Shown: positions 13,442-25,563, counted from the stretch's first letter. The stretch is DNA of 64,000 nucleotides from Rhizodiscina lignyota (GCA_010015805.1 ML978127.1:1550001-1614000), one strand, 5' to 3'. A program made the numbers and translations. Notes: generated by a model from the sequence alone, not told the origin.

Positions 13442-15241
13442 TTACGGAGCGAACTTGGATCTTGCCCGTAACGAGGCACCGTAAAACCATAGGGCGAAAA
13501 TACCAGCGATGCAACCAACAGTCAACCCTCCCAGCAGAGTGACGCCTCTGGCTACTCCGAGATTGTCGTATAAGGGTTGGGAGCAATGGACGATGGCAGC
13601 AGCAAGTACTGATCGAGCGACGGTATTTCCAGCGAATAAAGATGCTGCGTACTTCGGATATCCGAGAGGAAGGTAAAGGAAAATGGGCTGCATAATCAGG
13701 AAGATGCCGCCACTTAATATCGCTAATCCAATGGCGGATACGATCCAGTGAATATCAGGAGTTGCTGTCCACGCGAAGAGGAAAAGTCCTATGGGAAGCA
13801 TGAACGATGCGAAGAGCGCGGGAATTAGGCGGCGTTCCGGGGGCCCAAGGTTTCCAACACGCGCGGCGGGCTCCCATGTAAAGCGAATCCAGGTTAGGTA
13901 CATTACCCAACACAAAAAAATTCCAACGGAGATGGGCAGATAGAGGAGACCTTGCGCTCCGAGCGAAAATCCATATCCGTCTCCGTAAACTAGAGGGAAA
14001 CACTCGAAAAATGAGTAGTAGATCCCGTAGATTAGAGCAACGTAAATTGCTGTGAATCCAATGGAGGGGTCGAGGATCATAGTCTGTATTGGCCGACAGA
14101 GAGCTTCGAAGACGACCTCTCGAGGTTGAAGCTTGGATTGGTCGATTTCGCCCTGGCTCCTGAAGCAAGACTGGCCAGTGCGTGCACGCAATCGTTGGGC
14201 GCGTCGAAGCAGAATAGTTGAAGATGATGTTTCGGGAACGAGAAAGAAGAAAGCTATAAGGAGTGGACCACTAAGCCATAGCAACTCCCAGGAAGACCAT
14301 CGCCAACTAGTGGCCGGCACGCTATAGCCAGAAAGCAAAGGACCGACAGCCGGACCGCTTGTGGCGACGAGAGCCCAGGTCGCTAATGCGTATGGAAGCT
14401 TAGCGAAGGCAAACATGTCGGCTAAAGACGCTGGACCAGTAGCGAGGCAAGGGCTTCCAAAGAATCCCAGGAGAAATCGTAGGACAACCAAGCCCGGAAA
14501 ATCGTTTACTAGCGCCGTAGGAACGAGGAGAATGACGAATATCGTAAAGGAGATAATGTACAGCGGGCCCCGACCAACGGAAGGAATCTCAGTGAGAGGC
14601 GACCAGAGCAAAGGACCGATCCCGTAGGCCAGGACATACATAGAGAGATTGAGAGAAACAACCTGTTGAGAAACACCGAACTGGCGAATCACGCCGCCGT
14701 AGCTTCCAGTAAAGATTGAGGAGCCGAGATAGAACGCAAAGGTGTAGGTGATCACGATCACTGCTGGCACCGATTTTTGACCAGACGTCCAATTCTGTGG
14801 ATTTGCAGGATCGTTAGGACCGTACCAGTTGACGATTATAGTGCCGTCGTCTAACACTTTGGGCTCGAATGAGTCGTCATGATGTGCTTTCTCGTCGAAT
14901 GTCGCGGAGCCCTCCTCGTCTGGTAGGGTAGGATCCGAATGAGTGCCGTTGTTCTCACTAACGATCTCAATTACGCTGGTGTCGCCGCTACTTGAGTTTG
15001 GGTGACCAAGTGTACCGCCTAGCATAAGGCCGGTAGGAACAGAAGGGTCCTTGAGAACGTTATTCTGCGAGCTGGCAGGCAAAGATCTATCTTTTGAGCG
15101 TAACTCAGCTGCTTCGAGGAGCTTGATGTAGGAGTCTTGCAGCCGAAAATCTCGTTGCTCTTCTGGGTATCGCAGAACTTGATTTCGCGTAACCAAGCGG
15201 ACGAATTGTCCAAAGCTCGTGTCGCGGATGAATTTGGACAT
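13442..15241 (-). CDS. MFS multidrug transporter, DHA1 family
   Basis: 599-aa intronless ORF; WYGPNDPANPQNW, GPLLWSPLTEIPSVGR, LRFLLGFFGSP, WRW, PET, PERRL; about 12 hydrophobic segments. Confidence 0.92.
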   Translation of the reverse strand: MSKFIRDTSFGQFVRLVTRNQVLRYPEEQRDFRLQDSYIKLLEAAELRSKDRSLPASSQNNVLKDPSVPTGLMLGGTLGHPNSSSGDTSVIEIVSENNGTHSDPTLPDEEGSATFDEKAHHDDSFEPKVLDDGTIIVNWYGPNDPANPQNWTSGQKSVPAVIVITYTFAFYLGSSIFTGSYGGVIRQFGVSQQVVSLNLSMYVLAYGIGPLLWSPLTEIPSVGRGPLYIISFTIFVILLVPTALVNDFPGLVVLRFLLGFFGSPCLATGPASLADMFAFAKLPYALATWALVATSGPAVGPLLSGYSVPATSWRWSSWELLWLSGPLLIAFFFLVPETSSSTILLRRAQRLRARTGQSCFRSQGEIDQSKLQPREVVFEALCRPIQTMILDPSIGFTAIYVALIYGIYYSFFECFPLVYGDGYGFSLGAQGLLYLPISVGIFLCWVMYLTWIRFTWEPAARVGNLGPPERRLIPALFASFMLPIGLFLFAWTATPDIHWIVSAIGLAILSGGIFLIMQPIFLYLPLGYPKYAASLFAGNTVARSVLAAAIVHCSQPLYDNLGVARGVTLLGGLTVGCIAGIFALWFYGASLRARSKFAP

Positions 15242-15364
15242 GATTCGGCGACAGTGATAAGTTCCGATCGTAATGAATGAGTGACGAGCAGTTAGGAGCG
15301 GGACAAACAGGAGTGCGAAGGCGTAGAGTAGATTAAGAAGAGGGAAGCTTCATGTAGCTCAGTC

Positions 15365-15396
15365 CTGGTCCTGACAGGGGAACCTGTCAGGACCAG
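15365..15396. repeat. Perfect 14-bp inverted repeat with 4-nt loop upstream of the MFS gene
   Basis: ctggtcctgacagg-ggaa-cctgtcaggaccag. Confidence 0.85.
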
Positions 15397-15489
15397 CCGT
15401 TGTTGACCTTGTTCTGGTGGTGTGCTTATGCCCACTTTTCCTCTTTATATCCTCAAGTCGGCCTGTGCATTTTACACTTTCATGGCGTT

Positions 15490-15730
15490 TGAAAAACTAA
15501 CTATATAAGGAGTTAGCAATATCTTAGATTTTCTATGCTAGCTTATAATGGCTAGCGTATTATTCTTAAAGCTAGTTTAAATTTTTTAGGGCTACGTACG
15601 TTCTCTTCCTAGCGTCAGGGGTAAATTTATTTTAGCTTAAAAAGGAGTAGGGCTATTCTAAACTAGTTAATTAGGGCTAGTAACCCTAACCCTAGTAAGC
15701 TCTAGCTTTTCTAAGTATAGTATAAAATGC
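15490..15730. mobile_element. AT/TpA-rich RIP-like repeat relic
   Basis: Abrupt AT-rich, TA/TAG-rich patch (tagcttataatggctag, tttagcttaaaa) with taaccctaaccct at ~15681, set within otherwise roughly 50% GC DNA. Confidence 0.5.
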
Positions 15731-15961
15731 ACGGGCTGACTTGAGGATATGAAGAGGAAAAGTGGGGGGGTGCCTCCGTGATGGCAACGCGTTGTATTGT
15801 ATGTTGTTAAGTATGAATTTGTGTCCTGCGCACCTGCCTTCAGCAGGGGGAAATGGATCATCTGACCATTTCTTAATCATCTGCCTCATTTATCGCTTCA
15901 AAACTAACATCCACTCTTTACGTACACAGCGCAAGAGCATTTGACTGGCCTTTACCACCAA

Positions 15962-18538
15962 ATGAAGGATACATCTACACTTGGAAACCAAATGGAGAAA
16001 GATGGACCATCCACTCGCGCAAGCTTTTCGATATACGGCCCGAACACGTATATTGAGCGGGTCGCGCCAGTCTCCTTTGCACAGGCGCCAGTGTATTTCC
16101 TATCCCAATTTCTCGAAGACTGCACGTCACTCAATGTCACACTCAGTAACCGGATTCAAGGCCCGCTGCGAGTGTCTCAACTCAACCAGGCTTTTCAAAA
16201 GGTCGCACTTCGTCATGAGGCGTTGCGCACATGCTTCTTTCTGGACGAAGAAACATCCGAGCCCATGCAAGGTATTCTCAATGCTCCCACATTTCAGTTG
16301 GAGTGTCGACAGGTCCGCAACGAGGGCGAGGTATTCGAGGAAATAGAGCTTTTCAAGCGTCACAGATACGATCTCGAAACCGGCGAGACTGTAAAGGCGA
16401 CTCTGCTGTCTTTGGAGCCAGAGTCTCATTTTCTCATCTTTGGACACCACCACCTCGTGTTAGATGGCGTCAGCGGTCAAAACATACTGCACGACCTGGA
16501 AAGGGCATATCGATCACAGAGCCTGCAGCCAGTGTACCAATATGCTGACTTTTCCAACATGCAGAGAGCGCTCGTGGAAAGCGGGCTCCCCGAGGAGCTC
16601 TCATTCTGGAGGAGCGAGTTCGCTGAGCTTCCACCCGTGCTGCCTTTGCTGCCCAATGCCAAAGTCCAATCAAGGCAGGAATCGATGGAGCCCCGATCGA
16701 CCGTGCTAAAATTCACTCTCAATGCAGATTTAGCGAGTCAAGTCAAAATAGTCAGCCGCCGTCTCAAGGTCACCTCATTCCAGTTGCACCTCTCGCTTCT
16801 CCAGCTTCTTCTATTCAAGCTTGTTGGCGAGAGAGATCTGTGCATTGGCGTGATGGATGCTAACCGAACGAATGACCTTATTGAAAGCGTGGGCTTTTTC
16901 GTTAATTTGCTGCCGGTGCGCTTCAGAATCCAGGAGAGCGACACCTTTGAGCACCTTGTCACTCAAACCCGACAAAAGGCACTCCAGGCCCTCAAACATT
17001 CTCAGATGCCGTTTGATGTGCTTCTCGGGAACTTGAGCGTGCCTCGATCGTCAGCGCATAGCCCTCTATTCCAAGTTGCAATCAATTACAGGATGGGCAC
17101 ATTTCGAAGGGCATCGTTCGGCGATTGCGAGATGGAATTTTCGAGCATGGATGATGCGAGCACCACCTTTGATCTGATAGTAGACATTGAAGATTGCGAC
17201 GATGGTGTCTGCTGCATGGCGTTCGTGGGACAAGAATATCTGTACCCGGTCGACGCTCTACGTACGCTTGCGAATCAGTACGCCGACCTGCTCAGTTTTG
17301 TGTCACGCCAGCCAACTCTGGAACTCAGCGAGTATACTGTATCCCGCCCTGGTGGAAACGGAATCGCAGAGCTTGTCGACTCTCCAGCCTCCACACCTTC
17401 AAAGCGTCTGCCTTTGCGAGCCCAATCGGCCCTTGTAATGACCAAGCGTGGAACTTGGGAGTTATTGAACACGATGCCTGTGCTGGAGTTGATACCGGAC
17501 TCTGTTCTCATCAAGGTCGAAACGACAGCTCTAAATCCTCTCGACTGGAAATTGCCCGAATTCTCTCTATCTCCAGGATCCGTTGGTGGCTCAGATTTCT
17601 GTGGGACAGTCACGGCCATTGGCAGCGATAGCTTGCCGAAATCACTCCTCGTTGGAGACCGTGTCTGTGGATGGGTTTTTGGCTCGAATCCTCAGCGACC
17701 TGGAAACGGGGCTTTTGCAGAGTACGTTACTGCTTTTAGCGATCTAGTTATGAAGGTCCCCTCGTGGATGTCGTCAGAAGATGCTTGTACCCTTGCACTA
17801 GCTTCTGCGACTGCCGGACAGGCGCTATATTGGTCGTTGCAGTTACCTTTGCCGACAGCGCCGGCTGAGAGCCCTTTCTATGTGTTGGTGAATGGAGGAA
17901 GCACTGCCACAGGGACAATGGCAATTCAACTATTAAAGCTGTAAGCGTGACCAAACTTACATCAGAGAGCTTGCTAATTGCCATGCAGTTCTGGCTTGAT
18001 TCCCATCACGACTTGTTCTCCCCACAACTTTGATGTGGTGCAGTCGTACGGCGCCAAAGCGGCATTCGATTATCGCTCTCCGACCTGCGTGGACGACATC
18101 CAGGCCTACACGAACAATTCCATCACTCATGTTTTAGATTGCATCTCTACACCACCTTCCATGGCCCTCTGTTACAAGGTCATTAAACCCAGCTCCTCCG
18201 GTAGCACAACAAAATCCAAGTACACCGCTCTTGAACCATATTCTACCCGAATCAGCGCTTCTCGTTCGGACGTCACGGCGGATTGGGTGCTGCTATTGAC
18301 TCAATTTGGAGAGTTAGTAGGATTGAGCGGCGTCTATGCAAGGGAAGCGAGGCCACAAGATCGTGTATGGATGAGACATTGGTATGAGGTGGTTGAACGC
18401 CTTGTGTTGGAGAAGAAGCTTCGACCGCATCCTCGGGAAATTTTTGGTAGCGGCGGATTATTGCCAATTGTTGACGGATTGGAGCGTCTGAAGTCTGGAA
18501 AAGTTTCGGGGACCAAGTTAGTCTGTAGAGTCGCTTAA
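15962..18538 (+). CDS. Condensation domain / trans-enoyl reductase (LovC-like) fusion protein, ~842 aa; intron 17941-17988
   Basis: One uninterrupted frame from C-domain motifs (PVSFAQ, RHEALRTCF, HHHLVLDG, VGFFVNLLPVR, PFD, PLFQV) into trans-ER motifs (ALNPLDWK, GSDFCGTV, GDRVCG, GAFAEY, VNGGSTATG). After the GTAAGC..GCAG intron: TTCSPHNF, GKVSGTKLV. Confidence 0.88.
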
Positions 18539-18592
18539 TAACGTATTTAGTTTCTACTCAATAGTTACGAGAGACCACCTTAGATTGTGTTA

Positions 18593-19292
18593 ACGTACTT
18601 AATAAGCGAGCGGTCCGGACAAGCGAATGGCGCGCTTCATATATAATAAAACATTGCCAACGCAATCATAATTAAGTCTGAGTGCCCACGCGCGTAGCTT
18701 TGTAATTTAGGAGAGGGCAATGTCACGTGACTTTGATCACGTGACATGCTTAGTCATAAGGCACGCGACGTGAACGGGATATTGAATTCATTAAGTATAT
18801 GCTTATTCGGTGCGTCTGCGCCTGCTTACTCGGTGCTTATGCGCCTGTTCATTTAGTGCCTCTATGCCTACTTATTCGGTGCTTACTGGCTGGCTAAGTG
18901 CCTACTACTTCGGTGCTTATGGGCTGGTGCTTCGGTGCTTCGGTGCTCGCTAGCTGGCTTCGGGGCTCGCCAGCTGGCTTCGGTGCTCGCTGGCTTGCTC
19001 GGGTGCTAGCTGGCTGGCTTGAGTGCCTGCTGTTTCGGTGTCTATCTCGCTCGGGCGCTTGCTAGCTGGCTTAGGTGCTTATCCCCCTTAGTGCTAGGGC
19101 ATTCCCGGCCTCGGTACAGAAGTACCCCCCAGACTCGGTACGGAGGTACCCACATCATGGGACCCCCTGCACCCAGTCCCACCCAGAGCTGGGTGCAATA
19201 ACCCCCCAGAATTTAGGTACTAAAACCGGGAATGCCAGGTCTAGCGCTAAGGGGGATAAGCTCGCTACTTCGGTGCTCGCTACTTATCACGT
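18593..19292. mobile_element. Probable non-autonomous Tc1/mariner (pogo/Fot1-like) relic with internal short repeats
   Basis: Both ends read TA|ACGT inward, followed by AGCGAG-type repeats. The interior has many cttcggtgct/gctagctggc repeats, TpA enrichment and paired tcacgtga sites at 18721-18746. No transposase ORF; the ends are only loosely similar. Confidence 0.45.
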
Positions 19293-19434
19293 TAAAAGTA
19301 AGCTTATAAGCGTGATATATACATCGAGATAGAACCTACTAAGATAGCCGTAGCTATAAGTTGAAGCGAGCGAGTTGTTGTTGAGAGGGAGGAGGTAGTG
19401 TGTACTTAGTACTTGTCTACAGACCTCAAAAAGT

Positions 19435-19746
19435 TCACTCCAGGAACGCGAGGAACGCGAAAGTAGCATTGTATTTGCCGATGAGCTTGTCCAAATCAAT
19501 ACTCGACGGAACATATGTACCATCGGTCTTCCGGCAATCAGCCTCCAGAATGCTCTTTTGGCGAGGATCGAAGCTGGATGTCGAGCAAAACTGACTGAAG
19601 CCAGAAAGCATGATCAGAGCAGTTGGTAAAAATGAAAGCCGTCAATTACGCCGGTGAGGAATTCATGATTCCAGTTGTTCATGGAGACATATTTGAGGTC
19701 ACAGCGATTTCCACACCGGTATCCTTGGGCACAGGTTCCGGTGAGG
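19435..19746 (-). pseudogene. CVNH (cyanovirin-N homolog)-like gene fragment; 5' end not resolved
   Basis: Exons 19650-19746 and 19435-19590 (intron 19591-19649, GTAATT..CAG) give LTGTCAQGYRCGNRCDLKYVSMNNWNHEFLTG|FCSTSSFDPRQKSILEADCRKTDGTYVPSSIDLDKLIGKYNATF, resembling the CVNH L-A-C...DG...SxIDL..IG.NG pattern. Not in the ORF track. Confidence 0.4.
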
Positions 19747-20496
19747 CTGTGAAATTAAGAGCGAGCCGTGACTGGACAGCTAATAATGCATCCTGAGACG
19801 CAATGCGTCACGATATTTGTGACTTGGCCAACGGTTCTTTGCGATATTTATTAGTGCACATATGCTGCAGTCTCGTGGGATGTCGAGGTTGGCTTGCTTT
19901 TCGCTCCTTTCGCCAACATTTCGGCCCCCAAAACGCCTCTCAGCAAGGATCGATTCCTTAAGCGCCAGGAGTTCCGCAGGACCAGTGCTGGATTCTACTG
20001 TTGGTAGGACATATGCAGACATAAATAAAAGTGCCCTTTCGTAAGCCTGATTTGTAACCGTGGCGATGGGTCTGTCCATTCTTTCCGAAGCCGAGTTTAA
20101 GAGGAGGCGAATCTCTCCGTCCACCATTTTCTGGATCTCGCAAAAGTGCGGCGGGCGTCTCCACAAATGGGCGACTAAGCTTCTGAGGCGGAAGACTTGC
20201 CGCATGTGCATGGGGCGGCCGTGGGTGTGGAGAGTCTCTCAGCCGCAGCTGACTGGCTATGTCTCTGCAGAGCCGCGTCGTATCGTAAATGGTCTAGTCC
20301 TGCCTGTAAAAATGACACGGGGGTGGTGGCTGGACAGGGGAGATATCTGGAAGCATGATGCTGGGGGCAGGATTTATTGTTTAGGTATATCAGGAAGGCT
20401 TCCCCCATCTGATCGGAAACTTGGAAGAAATCGAAATCGAACTTGTTGCATTCTCTGAAACTGAGGACTCTCATTGACCAAAGGAAGCGTGCAGGG

Positions 20497-23367
20497 ATGG
20501 AGAATGGAAACGGCGACGCTCCAGCGCCCACCCCGATCGTTATTCGTCTAGTGCAAGATCCACCTCAAGCGGCACCACAAGCGGAGGCTATCGCTGAGCC
20601 GGCATCAGACCCACCAGTGAAGAACGACGAGTTCTACAAGTACTGGGACCGATTTCTCAGCGAGAAGCCAAGCGGAAAGAACGCGAAGAAAGCCCTTCGT
20701 GATGCGAAGAATAATGCTGGAGTTGTTTCGCTCGATGCGGACCCAGAGGGAAGACCGTCGCATTTGACGCGGAGGAACACGCAAGGCATTGTTACTACGT
20801 AAGTCATTTGGTTTTATTTCGGTTTTTTGCCTTCATTTATTCGAAAAAGTAGCGACAGTGATTGGATATCTACCAATTTTCGCAAGATCCTTGAAGGCAT
20901 ACTAATCGCGACGTGTGCATGCAAAAACATCCATTGGTACTGACACAAACCGCCAGTCAAAAAGCAACATCCTCGTACGAAGAAGCCGCCGCAACATGTC
21001 GCGCCAAGGTTCGGGCGATAGTGAACGAATGCGCGCGGCTGAACATCAAATACACTGACAAGAATTTCTACCTGCCGTACCTCGATGCACTTGTATCTCT
21101 TGACAGCCTTGATGACCCCCCGTCGTCTGTCAAAGGACTCCAAGGCGTCGGATCCGTCAAACGTGTTGAGGACATTTACGAGGAGCCTCATTTCATCGTG
21201 GATGGCGCGACAGCAGACGATGTACGCCAAGGTTACGTCGGAGACTGCTGGTTCCTGGCGGCGATTACAGCACTCAGTGGAAAGAAGGACCTCATAGAAC
21301 GAATCTGCGTCGACAGAGATGAGAAGGTTGGAGTATACGGCTTCGTATTCTTCCGTGACGGAGAGTGGATATCCGAGATCGTGGACGATACGCTCTGCCT
21401 GAAGCGCTCTGACGACCAGAGGCAGTATCCTACAGAGTATCTGCTCAGCGTCTCCGGGGATACAGATGTCTACCGCAGAGGTATTTCATCTGAGATGCGG
21501 TATGGCAGCCAATATGATATCCTGAGGCTTCCGAAGGACTTCCGCGAGTCACTGCGGAAGGGATCAAACTCGCTCTATTTTGCAAGCTGCCGCGAAAGCA
21601 ACGAGACATGGCTCCCGTTACTAGAGAAGGCATATGCAAAAGTACATGGTGATTACCAGGCAATCAGTGGCGGCTTTGCCGGAGAGGGAATCGAGGACCT
21701 CACCGGTGGTGCATCGACGTACATCACTTCAGAGACCGTCTTGGACAAGGACAAACTGTGGTCGGAGCTTATGCAGGTCAACAAGGACTCTGGATTCCTC
21801 TTCGGCTGCGGCTCGCGCGTCGGACGAGACAATGACCCCCATGATGAGGAAGGCTTCGTTCGGGGACATGCATACACTGTGTTGAGTGCACGGGAAGTGA
21901 AGGATCCAATAGATGAGTCGAAAACATTGAGATTGCTGAAGGTCCGTAACCCGTGGGGCAGGCAGGAATGGAATGGTGCTTGGAGCGATGGGTCGAAGGA
22001 GTGGAATGCGAAAATGATTCAGGAATTGGAGCACACGGTATGCCAACGCCGTAAAATCACCATCAAATGGCGCCACTAACATATCATAGTTTGGCGATGA
22101 CGGCATCTTTTGGATCTCCTTCCAAGATTGGCTCAAATACTTCCCCGACTTCGAGCGTACGCGCCTCTTTGGCCCGGAATGGACGGTAACGCAACAATGG
22201 ACGTCAGCCAACGTCCCATGGAACACGGACTATCTTGACGCAACGTTCAAGTTCACGCTCGCCAAGGACGGTCCTGTTGTGCTGGTCCTGAGTCAGCCCG
22301 ACAGCCGTTATTTCTCAGGCCTGCAGGGTCGGTTTCGTTATAGTCTACACTTCCGGCTCTATAAGGAGGGTGAGGACACGTACATTGTTCGCAGCATGCT
22401 GCAAACCGGCTCGGGACGTTCGTGCTCTGCTGAGCTGGACCTGGAGCAAGGAGAGTACTTCGTACGCATCAAGATCGAAGCATCTCGGTATGATTGCAGC
22501 ACCGCCGAAGAAATCATCAAGAAATACAGGTTCCAGAGGCGCGACAAGCTTCTTGCTGTGGGCAAGAACTTTGATCTGCCGCACTCGAAGGGACGACTGC
22601 GGGAGCGAGAGAACCAGAACGTGGTAGACCGTAAGACCACGACTAGGGAAGAGGATAAAGCCGAATTGAAGCGCCAACGGATCTATAAGAAGAAGGAGAG
22701 GGAGAGAGAAAGAGCAAGACAGAGGAGGATCGATGCAGAAACCAAACGCAAGGAGGAGATCAAGAAAGCCGCAAAGAAGAAGGAGAAGGAGGAGGCTGAA
22801 GCTAAGAAAGCTGCAGAGAAGGCAGAGAAGGCTAGAAAAAAGGAGGAGGAACAATCCAAGCCAAAAGAAGAGCAAGACGCCAAGGCAGGCGCAGAATCCG
22901 ATGGCAAAGATCCCAATTCTCCAAAAGAGACAATCGAGAAGCCGGAAGACAAAGACGAAAAGAAGGACGAGGAAGCAGCCGGGCCGACTCCAAAGACGGA
23001 AGAGTCATCTTCGAACGACTCCACCCCTCAGAATACTCCGGATAGTGAGGAATCTTCTTCAAAAACAGAGGAAAAGACAGAGGACAAGGGCAGCGACGAG
23101 AAAACAGAAAAAACAAAAGAGAATACTGACGGGGAGGAGGAGGAAGCAGACGAAGAAGAAGAAGACGAAATCACCGATGTGAGCTCCGTTGCCGACGACG
23201 ACTTTGATTGGGACAGTGACATCGACGGGCCTGCGGATGTCGAAACAGAGGACGAAGACGAACCAGGCATGTACGCGAGTGACCCTTGGAATGCGACGTG
23301 CGTTATTGGCCTCAGAATCTATTCGATGGATAAGGAGGCTCGGATCAAAGTCTCAGAGGCGGCGTAG
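20497..23367 (+). CDS. Calpain-like cysteine protease (peptidase C2) with charged C-terminal tail; introns 20799-20956 and 22038-22089
   Basis: Catalytic triad motifs QGYVGDCWFLAA, GHAY and RNPWG; WLPLLEKAYAK; FGDDGIFWIS after splicing; K/E-rich tail. Confidence 0.92.
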
Positions 23368-23565
23368 TGCAGGTGATGCATAGGGGGTTAAGGTAATCGC
23401 GACTTTGGATTCTCTGCTTTTGTCAGTTGATTATCTGGACATTCTGAAATGGTCCAAGAAGTTTCTTTGTCTCTCAGCTCGATTGTAATGTTATATTCGA
23501 CTTGGATTTTGTAAACATAATCAGTTCTCTGCCACCTACCCCCTCTATCAAGGCTGCGGGAGTGC

Positions 23566-25563
23566 CTATGCCGAGACCTCCTTCTCATGGGTCTCCAACG
23601 CCTTTCGATCAGCCTCCTGCAGTGCCACCGTTTTCTTCGTGTACTTCCTCCCGTCAATGCTTGGAATGAAAAGCGCCGCAATGCATCCGCACAGGCCAAA
23701 TGCCAACGCAACCTCGTAGCTCAGGTGGGCTCCGGTCAAGTACGCCTCCTTATTACCCAATGCAGCGGCTGCCTGAACTTGTGGCGTGATCCCTGGAACT
23801 GCCTCGTACGCCGCTGGAGTACCAAGTTTAGCGGCAGCGATGAGCGCTGTGAGGCTTGACGATGGAAAAGATGATCCGAGCGCCGAGACATTCTTTGTGA
23901 CGGCAGCGGCGAGACTATTTGCGTACTTGTTATTCGTGACGTTCGAGAAAATGGCGGTTGCTACGGCGCCAGCCAGTAGGCGTGCTGTTCCTGCGAGACC
24001 GGCTGCTGTGCCACTGTCTAGTTGTGAGCTATTGCTCAAATTAAGCAAATAAAGAGCTCTCAACTTACATATCTGTTTGGTAAATGATACCAAATCCAAT
24101 GAGGACCAGAGAATTTAAAATGACAAGCGACGTGCAAAGCGAGATGAAGAAAGTCAGAATGATGGATTTGACGGGATTATGAAGAGTAGCGGTAGACATA
24201 GCCCCAACACATGCAGTTTGTAGAGCAATAGCCCCAAAGATCTGCCAGCGTTGATGGCCAAGCCTCTTGCTACCAGTGATGACGATCCCGCCAATAACGG
24301 AACCGAGTGGAAGAACTTCCGAGTAGAGTCCCTTTGAAATCTCGTCGCCCGCGTAAAGCAGCTGGGAAAGTCTCGGCCATAGTGTTGCATTCGAATAATA
24401 TTGCATTCCTGTGATAGCCATGCAAATCATGGGCATAAGGAAACTAGAACGAGTCAGTCATCAGGTCCTGTGAAGGTGGAAGGTACTGACATACTGTCTA
24501 ATCTGGTTGAACAACCTTGGCGGCAGGAGCGGCTCGTTGACTTTACCGTACGCCTCGTAGAGGCCCAAACCAACCAGTGTGAAGAATCCAATAACAATGG
24601 GTGCAATACTGGTTGCACTTGTCCATGGATGTAGAGTGCCACCCCAGCTTACACCACAGATAAACAGGGTGCAACCAGCGATGAACAAGAACAAGCCAAG
24701 CCAGTCGAAACCCATAAAAAGCTCCCTCTTGGACTTCCGGTCTGCCGAATGCTTCGTCTCAAAAGTCGGGGGGTGGTAGAAGATGAACAGGTAGACGAGG
24801 TTGAAACATTGGAATCCGATCATGATATAATATGGAATGCGCCAGTTGGACGTGTTCTTGATAATCGCCCAAGAGATCAAAGGCATGAGTTGCGCGATAA
24901 CAGAGCTTGCATCGAAAAGACCGATTGTGGTCATGCGCCATTCATTCGGTACAATTTCCTGAGGCATGTCAATTCGATCACATCATCTCTATCCGGGTAG
25001 GTGTAAAGACAATACCTGAACAGCTCCAAAGGACATCTCGAGGAAGCCGGATCCAGCACCAAACAGCGCTCCGCCGGCAATCATTTGATTAATAGATTGG
25101 CCCGTTGCAGAAACGATGCTTCCAATGATCAGGATGACGCTTCCGCATAAGAAAAAGTAGCGTCGCCCAAAGATGTCAGAAAGACGCCCGCCGACGGTGA
25201 CAAAGATCGCGCCCCCGAGATTCCATGATATGGTGATCCACGTATAACGAGGATCTGGTCCAAGCTCGGCGTTGATGTACGATAGAATCGAAGGCGGAAT
25301 CAAAAGTGTGAACAAGTAAGCATTGTAACACATGCCCATACCCTATTTTATATCAGCCAAATGCCCATATGGATTATTGCACTTTGTAAACTTACGACAG
25401 CAGCAAGAATTGTACGCCATGTCATCCCAATTTCCTCACCGGTTGTCTCCAACTGACGAATGATTTTCTCGTCAGAGTTGCTGATAACTTCATCATCGCT
25501 AGAGGCTCTTTCAACTGCATCAATATGCGCCGTCTCTATTTTATCTGATGTCGCGTCGGCCAT
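23566..25563 (-). CDS. MFS transporter, TRI12 (trichothecene efflux-like) family; ~5 exons
   Basis: Successive exons: GGRLSDIFGRRYF, EIVPNEWR, FYHPPTF, FDWLGLFLF, SWGG..HPW, PLLPPRLF, GHQRWQ; GT-AG junctions between the ORF pieces. Confidence 0.85.

Noticed and set aside
15671..15695. Telomere (TAACCC repeats)
   Set aside because: Only about two units, internal to an AT-rich relic.
23566..25563. TRI12-family transporter as a member of the PKS cluster
   Set aside because: Separated from the cluster by a TE relic and a calpain gene; there is no sequence evidence of linkage.
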